A stretch of 64,000 nucleotides of DNA from an uncultured archaeon (GTDB lineage: Archaea > Aenigmatarchaeota > Aenigmatarchaeia > QMZP01 > JACQNV01), in the NCBI GenBank assembly GCA_964631205.1, contig CAZVWU010000006.1, forward strand, positions 4,955 through 68,954, read 5' to 3'. This document shows, piece by piece, positions 29,654 through 38,468 of the stretch (position 1 is the first letter of the stretch; each line of letters opens with the position of its first letter). Position numbers and translations under genes: made by a program. The notes under the pieces were generated by a model. The model did not search any database and had not been told where the DNA came from. It was given only the letters and a program-made list of their open reading frames with translations.

Positions 29654-30757
29654 ATGGGCAAGGAGATAAGGCTGGCTATCACGGGCATAGGCAATTGCTG
29701 TTCGAGCCTAATCCAGGGCTTATTTTATTACAAAAATGTGTCCACAAATAATGAGCTTGTTCCAGGATTAATGCACAATGTTTTAGGCGGTTACAAAATC
29801 TCGGATGTCAAGCCTGTTGCTGCTTTTGACATCGATTCAAGGAAAGTTGGAAAGGATTTGTCAGAAGCTGTCTTTGAAAAACCAAACTGCACAAAAATCT
29901 TTCAAAAGGAAATGGCAAAAATGGATGTTGAAGTAAAAATGGGGCCTGTATTGGACGGTGTCGCTTCCCACATGAAAGATTATCCGGAAGACAGGACATT
30001 TGTTGTTTCAAAGGAGAAGCCGGTTGATGTTGCAAAAGAGCTGAAGAAATCTGGAGCAGAAATCCTGGTAAATTATCTCCCTGTCGGCTCTGAAGAGGCT
30101 GTAAGATATTATGCTCAGGCAGCTTTGGATGCGGGATGCGCATTCGTGAACTGCATGCCTGTTTTTATCGCATCAAATTCAGAGTGGGCTAAAAGATTCC
30201 AGGATAAAGGTTTGCCTGTTGTTGGTGACGATATAAAAAGCCAGGTTGGAGCAACTATAGTCCACAGGGTGCTTACTAAATTGTTTTCTGACCGAGGTGT
30301 CAAGATCGACAGGACTTACCAGCTTAATACCGGAGGGAATACGGATTTTCTAAATATGTTAGAGAGATCAAGGCTAAAATCCAAAAAAATAAGCAAAACC
30401 CAGTCTGTCCAGTCGCAGCTTCCTGTCCCGCTTGAACCGGAAAATGTGCATATAGGGCCGTCAGATTACGTCCCTTGGCAGAAAGACAATAAAATATTTT
30501 TTATCAGGATTGAAGGGAGGAAATTTGGCGATGTGCCAATAGAATTGGAATTAAGAGGCTCTGTTGAAGATTCTCCTAACTCAGCAGGCGTCGCAATAGA
30601 TGCAATCAGGTGCGCAAAGCTGGCTTTGGACAGGAAAGTGGCCGGGCCTTTAACTTCCATAGCCTCCTACACAATGAAATCCCCGCCGCAACAGTATCCT
30701 GACTCTGTGGCAAGGCAGATGGTGGAAGATTTTATTAAGGGAGAAAGGGAAAGATAA
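29654..30757 (+). CDS. ino1: myo-inositol-1(3)-phosphate synthase
   Basis: GIGNCCSSL, NYLPVGS, GDDIKSQVGAT, QLNTGGNTDFLNM, DSPNSAG. Confidence 0.93.
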   Translation: MGKEIRLAITGIGNCCSSLIQGLFYYKNVSTNNELVPGLMHNVLGGYKISDVKPVAAFDIDSRKVGKDLSEAVFEKPNCTKIFQKEMAKMDVEVKMGPVLDGVASHMKDYPEDRTFVVSKEKPVDVAKELKKSGAEILVNYLPVGSEEAVRYYAQAALDAGCAFVNCMPVFIASNSEWAKRFQDKGLPVVGDDIKSQVGATIVHRVLTKLFSDRGVKIDRTYQLNTGGNTDFLNMLERSRLKSKKISKTQSVQSQLPVPLEPENVHIGPSDYVPWQKDNKIFFIRIEGRKFGDVPIELELRGSVEDSPNSAGVAIDAIRCAKLALDRKVAGPLTSIASYTMKSPPQQYPDSVARQMVEDFIKGERER

Positions 30758-30769
30758 TATTATAGTCTT

Positions 30770-30880
30770 GTAAATTCCTTTCTTTTGGGTTATAAGGTCG
30801 TGTCTGGTAGACACGCGACATCTCATCACCCATCAGAATAGAAGATTATGACTTTTCTTTCTCGAAAGAAAAGGGTATAT
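30770..30880 (-). repeat. Module A element, intergenic copy with insert 30798..30851
   Basis: Same termini as 5126..5272 and the tRNA-Glu D-loop introns; abuts ATG of next gene. Confidence 0.85.
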
Positions 30881-31505
30881 GGTCTTATCAAAAAACCGTG
30901 ACAAATTCGCCGGCTTCACAGTAAAGGTAGGAATAGTTTTCAGTAAGCTCGGGCTTTCCCCAAACCAATGGACACTAATAAGTTTAATCCCTACTTTTAT
31001 TGCACTCTATTTTTTAATAAAAGAGTCTTTTTTGGCAGCTGCAATACTGTTTATTGTGGCCTCGTTCATCGATATTGTGGACGGATCTGTTGCAAAAGTG
31101 ACAGGGAGGGTCACAAAATTCGGTGGATACTTAGATAATATAGTTGATAGATATGTAGAAGGGATAATTATATTTGGTTTACTTTTTGCGTCTCTTCCTA
31201 ATTTAGTTATTTCAGGATTCACAATCCCGATATCAGCACTCATTGTTATTTACTTGTTTGGGGGGATGATGACTACTTATACAAAAGCCGCAGCAAAGGA
31301 GAGGGAGATTGTAGAAAAAGAGATGAGAGGAGGTTTGCTTGAAAGGGCTGAAAGGCTGATAATACTTTTTGTCGGAATTTTGTTGGCGATCTTTGATCCT
31401 TTATATCTAACTTATGTAATTGCGCTTCTTGCTGTTTTGACTAATATAACGGCTATACAGAGAATTTTTATGGCTTTCAGATTGTCAAAAGAAAATAAAA
31501 ATTAG
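30879..31505 (+). CDS. CDP-alcohol phosphatidyltransferase (probable archaetidylinositol phosphate synthase)
   Basis: DIVDGSVAK....TKFGGYLDNIVDR motif; adjacent to ino1. Confidence 0.85.
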   Translation: MVLSKNRDKFAGFTVKVGIVFSKLGLSPNQWTLISLIPTFIALYFLIKESFLAAAILFIVASFIDIVDGSVAKVTGRVTKFGGYLDNIVDRYVEGIIIFGLLFASLPNLVISGFTIPISALIVIYLFGGMMTTYTKAAAKEREIVEKEMRGGLLERAERLIILFVGILLAIFDPLYLTYVIALLAVLTNITAIQRIFMAFRLSKENKN

Positions 31506-31506
31506 A

Positions 31507-32175
31507 TTAACTGTACAGTTTTATAATGGCCGGGAGTTCTTCAAAACTTGTAATAACATGTGTTGCTCCAGCTGATCTTAATTCAGCTTCGCTAAGCATA
31601 CCCTTTCCTTTCCCTGTTCTTCCGACAGTGATAATCTTGTCTTCGTCTATCTTGCTAAGTTCAACATCTTTCCCCGAATCTCCTGTAAAGACAATTCTTC
31701 TAGGAACCCAAAGCTCGTCAGCTCTTTTTATATGGTCGCTTTTAACTCCGTATTCTGTTCCCCAAACAGCATCGAAATGGGTAAGTATTCCGTGCCTCTT
31801 CAGAAGAGCTGATGTAACATCTGTCTCTGTGCCTGTGTTAATCAAAATTGGAAATCCATATCTTTTTAGTTCAGGTAGTATTTCCTTTATTTCTGGGAAA
31901 AGCTCAGCAGCTTTGTAAACTTCCCGAATTTTCCTTCTGTGGTATTCTGCAGCACAAGCATCTCTAAATCGTTTCTCATATCCTTGGAAAATTGATCCGA
32001 GCTGTTTATCAAAAGAAATGCCTGTAGTTGCATGATATTTTTCTTCAGCTTCATCTTTAGGCATGCCAAAACATTGGTTCATGCAATCAGCAGCCAGTCT
32101 CCCGTGAGCTTCCATTGTGTTTAGTACGTTCCCATCAAAATCGTTCATCAAGACTAACTGTGTTTTGTAACCCAT
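31507..32175 (-). CDS. HAD-superfamily hydrolase (phosphoglycolate phosphatase-like)
   Basis: DFDGN, NTG, K, GDSGKD motifs. Confidence 0.8.
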   Translation of the reverse strand: MGYKTQLVLMNDFDGNVLNTMEAHGRLAADCMNQCFGMPKDEAEEKYHATTGISFDKQLGSIFQGYEKRFRDACAAEYHRRKIREVYKAAELFPEIKEILPELKRYGFPILINTGTETDVTSALLKRHGILTHFDAVWGTEYGVKSDHIKRADELWVPRRIVFTGDSGKDVELSKIDEDKIITVGRTGKGKGMLSEAELRSAGATHVITSFEELPAIIKLYS

Positions 32176-32203
32176 TACACAAATAATACGACAAGACATT
32201 TAA

Positions 32204-32296
32204 GCGCATACCACAGGGGAGCTTATGGACGCAGGCGCTGCTTATGTTACAAATGATTTTAGAACCCTCCTGGAATTTTTAAAGAGTTATGCTTAA
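32204..32296 (+). pseudogene. Orphan 3' fragment of a HAD paralog
   Basis: TGELMDAGAAYVTNDFRTLLEFLKSYA* resembles neighbour's EAELRSAGATHVITSFEELPAIIKLYS*. Confidence 0.55.
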
Positions 32297-32337
32297 GCTT
32301 TATTTTTGGATTTAAACTAAAATCACAATATCTTATC

Positions 32338-33471
32338 ATGAAAACTCTTTACAGTCTTTATGCAATCTTCTCAACAGGCTTTAATCTCGTCTGGAAAATT
32401 TTGCCTGCTTTTCTCGCAGCGTTTCTAGGCGCATTCGATATCTCCCTGATATTCACAGCCTTTTTTGCATCGAGGGTTTTGATTATACCAATTGGGATGA
32501 CCTCTGATAAAATAGGTGCTGTGAAAAGCATAAGGCTGTCTTTTTCTCTAATGATCTTACTGATTTTAGGGTTCCTGTTTTTCTTTGGTGTAAAAAGTTT
32601 CGCTGGCTGGATTCTTTTTGCTCTGGTCGCAGGTGTTATTGTGAACCTGATAGAGATTGCAGCAAATACCATAGCTGCCAGAGAAAAAAAGAAAACTAAG
32701 GCGCTTTTTGGTCTCGAAAGCATGTATCAGGTTGGTGTTGTTCTGGGGCCTATTTTAGGTGGTCTGCTTGCAGCTTCTTTTGGTATGGAGGCTGCTTTGT
32801 TAACCTGGGCTGTTCTCAATATTTTAGGCATCTTTACAACTACCAGATTGAATGTTGAGACTGAGAAGAAAGAAAGGCTTTCAGGCGGATTGTGGCAAGC
32901 AATCAAGGAAAAGAGACTTCTTTTTATTATTGTTCTTATTATAGGCTCTTTTATGACTGGTTTCCTGCAGTCAATGCAGGAACTTATTTTGCCGCTATTT
33001 GCAAAAGAAATTGGTTTCGATATTGCGCAGATAGGTCTGATGATAGGATTGGCTTCTGTTATAACAATTTTTGGGCTTCTGGTGATAGGCAAAAAAGTCG
33101 ATAATGCTCCCAGATTCCATCTTCTATTTATCTTTTTTCTTCTGATGCTGAGCTTCCCTTTAGTAGTCCCTGTTTTTAATGATTTTATTACACTAACAGT
33201 CATAGGCGGGATTTTCCTTATAGGAAGAGCATCCAACCTCAACATCTCCCGCGGCTTTTTCTCAGAATTCAGCGACAAGTACAAGGCGACTGCTATTGGA
33301 ATAGGAGAGACGGTATATTATTTATCAAGGTCTGTTGGCTCGGTCTCAACAGGATTATTGATAAAAGATGTAGGTTATCTTGGAACTTTGTTCTCTATGG
33401 TTGGTATAACTTTTGTTGCACTGATTGGATCGCTAGTTCTGATAGTTTACTCGAAAAGAAAGGGGGTTTAA
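32338..33471 (+). CDS. MFS transporter
   Basis: ~12 TM segments, GMTSDKIG motif, GPILGGLLA. Confidence 0.85.
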   Translation: MKTLYSLYAIFSTGFNLVWKILPAFLAAFLGAFDISLIFTAFFASRVLIIPIGMTSDKIGAVKSIRLSFSLMILLILGFLFFFGVKSFAGWILFALVAGVIVNLIEIAANTIAAREKKKTKALFGLESMYQVGVVLGPILGGLLAASFGMEAALLTWAVLNILGIFTTTRLNVETEKKERLSGGLWQAIKEKRLLFIIVLIIGSFMTGFLQSMQELILPLFAKEIGFDIAQIGLMIGLASVITIFGLLVIGKKVDNAPRFHLLFIFFLLMLSFPLVVPVFNDFITLTVIGGIFLIGRASNLNISRGFFSEFSDKYKATAIGIGETVYYLSRSVGSVSTGLLIKDVGYLGTLFSMVGITFVALIGSLVLIVYSKRKGV

Positions 33472-33495
33472 ATTATTTTCTGTCTAAAAAGACAT

Positions 33496-33846
33496 ATGAT
33501 CAAAGTCCTCTGCGGCGGCAGGTTTAATTTTCTCCATGAAGGCCATGAGTATTTTCTGAAAAAAGCGAAATCTCATGGAGATTATTTAATTGTTGTGATA
33601 GCCCATGATGTTCACAATATAAAAAAATCAGAAACAATCGAGATGGAGAAAAGAAAAGAGAATATAGAGAAATTAAAAATAGCAGATGAAGTTGTGATTG
33701 GGGATTCGGATGATTTTTTCAAAGTTGTTGAAAAATATAAGCCGCAGGTGATTGCGTTGGGTTGGGACCAGAGATTGCCTTTTGATGAAAATAAAATAAA
33801 AAATTTAGGGATAAAGGTTGTGAGTATAGGCAGGCTTGATTATTAG
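33496..33846 (+). CDS. Cytidylyltransferase-family protein (FAD synthase RibL-like)
   Basis: GGRFNFLHEGH, LIVVIAHD, PQVIALGWDQ. Confidence 0.8.
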   Translation: MIKVLCGGRFNFLHEGHEYFLKKAKSHGDYLIVVIAHDVHNIKKSETIEMEKRKENIEKLKIADEVVIGDSDDFFKVVEKYKPQVIALGWDQRLPFDENKIKNLGIKVVSIGRLDY

Positions 33847-34145
33847 CTGGATTTTACATTGGGGTTTATTATTTTGAATCCTCCGTCTGCTTCTATATAC
33901 TCTATCCTGCAGCCTTCTAGGAGTTTCAAATTCCCTTTTGGAATAAAAATTTTCAGGCCATTTTCTTCTAAAACAATTTCATCTTTTGTCGCCTTTTTTT
34001 CAAAATCCATATTGTATACATAAGACACGTGGCCAGCCTTTTCTATTGAGAACCTAAGGCCATATCCTGCAAGTCCTTTTGATTCCATCAGCTCCTTTAT
34101 TTTTTTGGTCGCCTCAGGAGTTATTTCAAGGGTTTTTCCTTCCAT
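33843..34145 (-). CDS. HesB/IscA-fold protein lacking the conserved Fe-S cysteines
   Basis: LEITPEA..KIKEL, GLRF, Y.MDF, GFKIINPN; no GGCxG or CGCG. Confidence 0.75.
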   Translation of the reverse strand: MEGKTLEITPEATKKIKELMESKGLAGYGLRFSIEKAGHVSYVYNMDFEKKATKDEIVLEENGLKIFIPKGNLKLLEGCRIEYIEADGGFKIINPNVKSS

Positions 34146-34198
34146 ATTTATTTCTAACATGTGTTATATGTAAATCAAATCTTTAAATTTGGGTATAG

Positions 34199-35137
34199 AT
34201 GAAAACAATTCTTGTTGCCGGCGGGGGAGGGTTTTTGGGGAGCCACCTCTGTGATTACCTTATAAACAAAGGTGAAAACGTGATTTGTATAGACAACCTG
34301 TTTACAGGCAATAGGAAAAATATTGAACATCTCATAGGGAAGGAAAATTTCCAGTTTCTGATGCATGACATAATAGACCCGCTTTACATGGATGGAATGA
34401 AAATAGACCAGATATACAACCTTGCATGTCCTGCCTCGCCTGTCCATTACCAGTTCAACCCGATCAGGACAGTCAAAGCAAATACTATCGGCGTAATCAA
34501 CATGCTTGGGCTTGCAAAAAGGCAGAAGGCAAGGATTTTGCAGGCATCAACATCGGAAGTTTACGGAGACCCTATAGAACATCCGCAAAAAGAAAGTTAC
34601 AGGGGGAATGTGAACACTATCGGGCCGCGGGCAAATTATGATGAAGGGAAAAGGGTTGCGGAGACCTTGTTTTTTGATTATCATAGGGCACATTCCATGG
34701 AAATAAGGGTTGCGAGAATTTTCAACACATATGGACCCAGGATGGCAGTAAATGATGGAAGGGTTGTCTCCAATTTTATTGTCCAGGCGTTGAAAGGGGA
34801 GGATATTACAATTTATGGCGACGGAAAGCAGACAAGGTCTTTTTGCTATTATTCTGACCTTATAGAAGGGCTTTACAGGTTGATGAATGCTGAAAATTTC
34901 ACAGGGCCTGTGAATTTAGGGAATCCCGGGGAATTTACTATAATGGAGCTTGCAGAAAAAATAATTAAATTAACCGAGTCAAAATCAAAAATAATTTTCC
35001 GCCCGCTCCCTACCGACGACCCCAAACAGAGAAGGCCTGATATAGGGTTGGCAAAAGAAAAGCTTGGCTGGGAGCCGAAAGTTTTTTTGGATCAAGGGCT
35101 TCCTGCTACAATAGAATATTTCAGGAAGGTTTTGTAA
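34199..35137 (+). CDS. UDP-glucuronate decarboxylase-family SDR
   Basis: [40 protein letters not shown]. Confidence 0.9.
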   Translation: MKTILVAGGGGFLGSHLCDYLINKGENVICIDNLFTGNRKNIEHLIGKENFQFLMHDIIDPLYMDGMKIDQIYNLACPASPVHYQFNPIRTVKANTIGVINMLGLAKRQKARILQASTSEVYGDPIEHPQKESYRGNVNTIGPRANYDEGKRVAETLFFDYHRAHSMEIRVARIFNTYGPRMAVNDGRVVSNFIVQALKGEDITIYGDGKQTRSFCYYSDLIEGLYRLMNAENFTGPVNLGNPGEFTIMELAEKIIKLTESKSKIIFRPLPTDDPKQRRPDIGLAKEKLGWEPKVFLDQGLPATIEYFRKVL

Positions 35138-35138
35138 T

Positions 35139-35456
35139 ATGAAAATTCTCTGCCTTTTCACTGATATTTTCTTTTTACCTGCAATAAGGGAAGCGTTCAA
35201 GGATCATGAAGTGCAGGTTTTGGAAAATTATAAAGATGAAAAATTCGACCTTCTTATTATAGATATGGACCATTTCCAGAGTTATGACGTGTGCAAAAAA
35301 TTCCCTGAGAAATCTTTCTGCTTTGGGTCTCACATGGATACAAAGAAAATGAAAAAATTCAGGGAAACTGGCTGCAAAAATGTATATCCGAGATCGGTGT
35401 TTTTGAAAAAATTAGAACAGCTTAAGCAATCTTTTCCCCAGTCCCAACATTTGTAA
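35139..35456 (+). CDS. Small hypothetical protein (receiver-like fold possible)
   Basis: DLLIIDM...FGSHMD pattern. Confidence 0.55.
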   Translation: MKILCLFTDIFFLPAIREAFKDHEVQVLENYKDEKFDLLIIDMDHFQSYDVCKKFPEKSFCFGSHMDTKKMKKFRETGCKNVYPRSVFLKKLEQLKQSFPQSQHL

Positions 35457-35682
35457 TGTGTATCACTTTTTTGGGACAGCCGTCTGCGGCCTTTTTGTTT
35501 GAGTCGAAATCTTTTTCTTCGATTAATTTTTCAAACATCTGCGTCTGCTCATTAAAAACAGAAGAACCTTTCATTTTGGCTTTCCCTGTCGGCTCCATCT
35601 CCCATTGGTCTGGCGCGACTGCTGCGCAAGTCCCTGCGCCTATGCATTTTTTCCTGTTATATTCTATTTTGAAAGTTGCCAT
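35422..35682 (-). CDS. Monocluster ferredoxin
   Basis: CIGAGTC...AADGCP. Confidence 0.85.
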   Translation of the reverse strand: MATFKIEYNRKKCIGAGTCAAVAPDQWEMEPTGKAKMKGSSVFNEQTQMFEKLIEEKDFDSNKKAADGCPKKVIHITNVGTGEKIA

Positions 35683-35725
35683 AGATAAAATTAAAATAAA
35701 TTAGTAGATAGGAAATAAAAATTAA

Positions 35726-37675
35726 CTAGCCGCATCCACAGCCGCCAGAAGACTTTTCAGGCTGGCCCCCGCCGCAACAGCCTGTTTCAGGATGCTGTTC
35801 AGAAACTGCTTTGCCTATTTGTATCAAATCTGCTGGTGATGAAGTGTGATTATGGCCTGCTGAGAAGGCTTCCTGTTCAGCTATTGCTTTGTGGCCCCAG
35901 TCAGGCTCTAATTTTGGCTTTTCCTTGAATTTTCTGTATTGGTCGTAATTGGCCTTTATTGCTTTCATCTGCTCTGGTGTCAGCTTCCTGTGATGTTTGT
36001 CGTCAACAAGCTTCTTGCCTGTTTTTGTTTCCCATTGGGATGCGGGTATGCTGTATTTTCTCTGGATTGCGTCCCTGTAAAGCTCTGGGATCACATTGAA
36101 TGTGCAGAACGGCAGGATCCTTCCGTCTGGCGATGCATAATGGATATCACATTTATGGATTCTGTCAATGTCCCAGTTGTAGGGATCCTGGAAGTGCATC
36201 ATCCCTAGGAACAGGGAATTGTGGTGGAAGTCTGCAAGGCCGTGATAATTTCCGCCCTGCATTGCCCCCATGAGCATCTTTTTGATGTGCATCCCTTTTG
36301 GGACATATTTTTTGTCAACAAATTTGTCAAACTTGAACATCAGTCTTGTGAGAGCCCAGCTCTTGCCTATTTTTTTGAATCTTGCTGTCTGGATGTCCCT
36401 TGTCAATTCCCCCAAATAGTTGAAGAATCCTTCCACATCAAAGAACTTTGGCAAAGGTATCATCTTTCCTGTTTCTTTTTCCTTGAAAACATAGGTTGCC
36501 ATTCCACATGCGAAGTGGATGCTCAGCCTGTATTTTGGCTCTGACTTCAGGGCTTCTATAAAGTCTGTGACCTGTTTTGCGCAAGGCACAGGGAACCAGA
36601 ACTCCCTTCCTATCTGGCCATCTGTCTGCTCTTCTATTCTTTTGATTGCTCCGGGTATTGTGATTCTTTGTTCCATTCTTAGCTTCTCGGGCATCCTCCC
36701 TACCAAGGACACTGGCTGGAAATTTACTGAACGAACAACATCTATGTTGCCCATTCCAAACCTGATAATGTCGCCCATTTCATGGTCGTTTACGTTGCCG
36801 ATAACTGTTGGGACCAAAACAACCCCAAGATTGGCCTGCCTGCAGGAGTCTAAAGCGCTCTGGGCTTCCCAGTAATTTTTTGGGTTTGTTGAGGGGCTCA
36901 TTCCGTCAAAGCTCATGTAAAGAACATGCGAGCCTGCTTCCCTTATTTTTTTTGCAAGCTCAACACTTCTTGATAAGTTTATTCCGTTGGTGTTTAACTG
37001 GACATGCTCATATCCTATCTCCCTTGCCGCTTTTATAATGTCAGCCAAGTCCTCCCTTAATGTCGGCTCTCCGCCTGTCAGCTGGACAGCATTTGCGCCT
37101 ACTGGCTTCTCATCCCTCATTCTCTGAAGCATGAATTTTATCTGGTCAAGCGTAGGCTCGTAAATCGGCTCGCCTTCTTTTGCATAGAAGAAGCAATACC
37201 AGCAAGTCAGGTCGCATCGGTTTGTAAGGACAATATTTCCCAATCCTGTATGGGATTCGTGCTCAACGCACAGACCACAGTCATTTGGGCAGTCAATCTC
37301 AAACTCGTTCTTGTCTATATTAGGATTCAAAATCTTTATTCCGGGGTCTTGGAACTTCTCGGCTTTCTTGAACATTCCGTAATCCCCCCAGTACAGTTCC
37401 CTGAATGGGCCGTGTTCTTTGCACTGCTTTGCAAGCCAGACTTTGTCGTCCCTTGCATAAGTCACAGAATCAATCTTCATTTTGTCCCATTTCTCTTCGT
37501 CCACGCATCCCGGACAGAGAGACTGGTGGAATTTGAGTAGCATTCCGCCTTCAGGCACAAGAGGCACTAACGCCTGTTTTCTTTCAATTGTGTAATCCTT
37601 TACATAAGGCGAGGTCGCAACCTCCAGAAATTGCTGTGGTGTCTTTTCAATTGCCTGCGGATATGCGGTTCCCAT
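35726..37675 (-). CDS. tes: Radical SAM protein of the tetraether lipid synthase (Tes/GDGT-MAS, MJ0619) family
   Basis: SLCPGC..CKEHG, CPNDCGLC..H.SH, TNRCDLTCWYCF, HFACG, MHFQD.YN.D..RI.KC.IHY.SPDGRILPFC. Confidence 0.8.
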   Translation of the reverse strand: MGTAYPQAIEKTPQQFLEVATSPYVKDYTIERKQALVPLVPEGGMLLKFHQSLCPGCVDEEKWDKMKIDSVTYARDDKVWLAKQCKEHGPFRELYWGDYGMFKKAEKFQDPGIKILNPNIDKNEFEIDCPNDCGLCVEHESHTGLGNIVLTNRCDLTCWYCFFYAKEGEPIYEPTLDQIKFMLQRMRDEKPVGANAVQLTGGEPTLREDLADIIKAAREIGYEHVQLNTNGINLSRSVELAKKIREAGSHVLYMSFDGMSPSTNPKNYWEAQSALDSCRQANLGVVLVPTVIGNVNDHEMGDIIRFGMGNIDVVRSVNFQPVSLVGRMPEKLRMEQRITIPGAIKRIEEQTDGQIGREFWFPVPCAKQVTDFIEALKSEPKYRLSIHFACGMATYVFKEKETGKMIPLPKFFDVEGFFNYLGELTRDIQTARFKKIGKSWALTRLMFKFDKFVDKKYVPKGMHIKKMLMGAMQGGNYHGLADFHHNSLFLGMMHFQDPYNWDIDRIHKCDIHYASPDGRILPFCTFNVIPELYRDAIQRKYSIPASQWETKTGKKLVDDKHHRKLTPEQMKAIKANYDQYRKFKEKPKLEPDWGHKAIAEQEAFSAGHNHTSSPADLIQIGKAVSEQHPETGCCGGGQPEKSSGGCGCG

Positions 37676-37757
37676 ACTAACCAGCTCCTTAATAACTAGT
37701 TTTAGAAGTTTTAATAAGTATTAAATACTGGGGTTTGGGGATATATAAACCTGTCAG

Positions 37758-37770
37758 ATAACAGTGTTAT
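37758..37770 (-). promoter_or_regulatory. Palindromic operator candidate ATAACACTGTTAT (copy 3)
   Basis: 8 bp upstream of TTTATATA on the minus strand, before the tes-like gene. Confidence 0.6.
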
Positions 37771-37852
37771 TTATGCCAACTTTCTTTAGATAATTATGCA
37801 TGTCAGAGTAACAAAGCCAAACCTTTTAAAATCCAGAATTCAAAGAGTTAAC

Positions 37853-38121
37853 ATGTTAGATGAAGATCTAAGTCCACTTAAGAGGCGCTTCAGGGAAACA
37901 CCAAATGATGCAGGTCTTGCTCTAGAGTATTCAAGAGCTTTGGAGCGAATAGGGAATAGAGATGATGCTCTAATGGTATTACTTGACGCATATTAATGGT
38001 ATTACTTGACGCATATTATAGGTCAAACAAAGATGACCCACTTTTAGGGGAGTTAACCCGAAGGATGGATGATATACACCCATCTGCATATTTGTTACGC
38101 GAGGCCCGCAATTGGGATTAG
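37853..38121 (+). pseudogene. Small TPR-like gene frameshifted by a 23-bp tandem duplication
   Basis: taatggtattacttgacgcatat at 37971..37993 and 37994..38016; removing one copy restores an 81-aa ORF. Confidence 0.65.
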
Positions 38122-38468
38122 TGAGATAATCAAACCCGCATATTTTGTCTCACGTTCAACAGCTCATTCAGGCTGCTCAGGAAGGCCAGAATGCTAGAAT
38201 TTAAGGGGTCAAAATATATTCCCCCTAACCTTGTATAAACATTTGTTATTGGTAAAAGCCAACTAATTTTCCCAAGCCAAATATATTTTGGAAATTCTCG
38301 GATATACAAGCTTTTTCTCACTTTTGAAAAACGATTTCTGCGAAGTTCCGAAAAAAAATTCTGCATTTATAAAGGGCTGAAACTAAAATATTATCAGTTG
38401 TTTTTGAAAAACAAAATTTTATTTTGAAGAGGCTATGTATAGCGGTTTTAAAAGGAAATAGGTAAACA

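Noticed and set aside
38130-38460. Possible replication origin or ncRNA upstream of the first nrdJ
   Set aside because: AT-rich but no recognisable ORB repeats, no cdc6 nearby and no convincing structure
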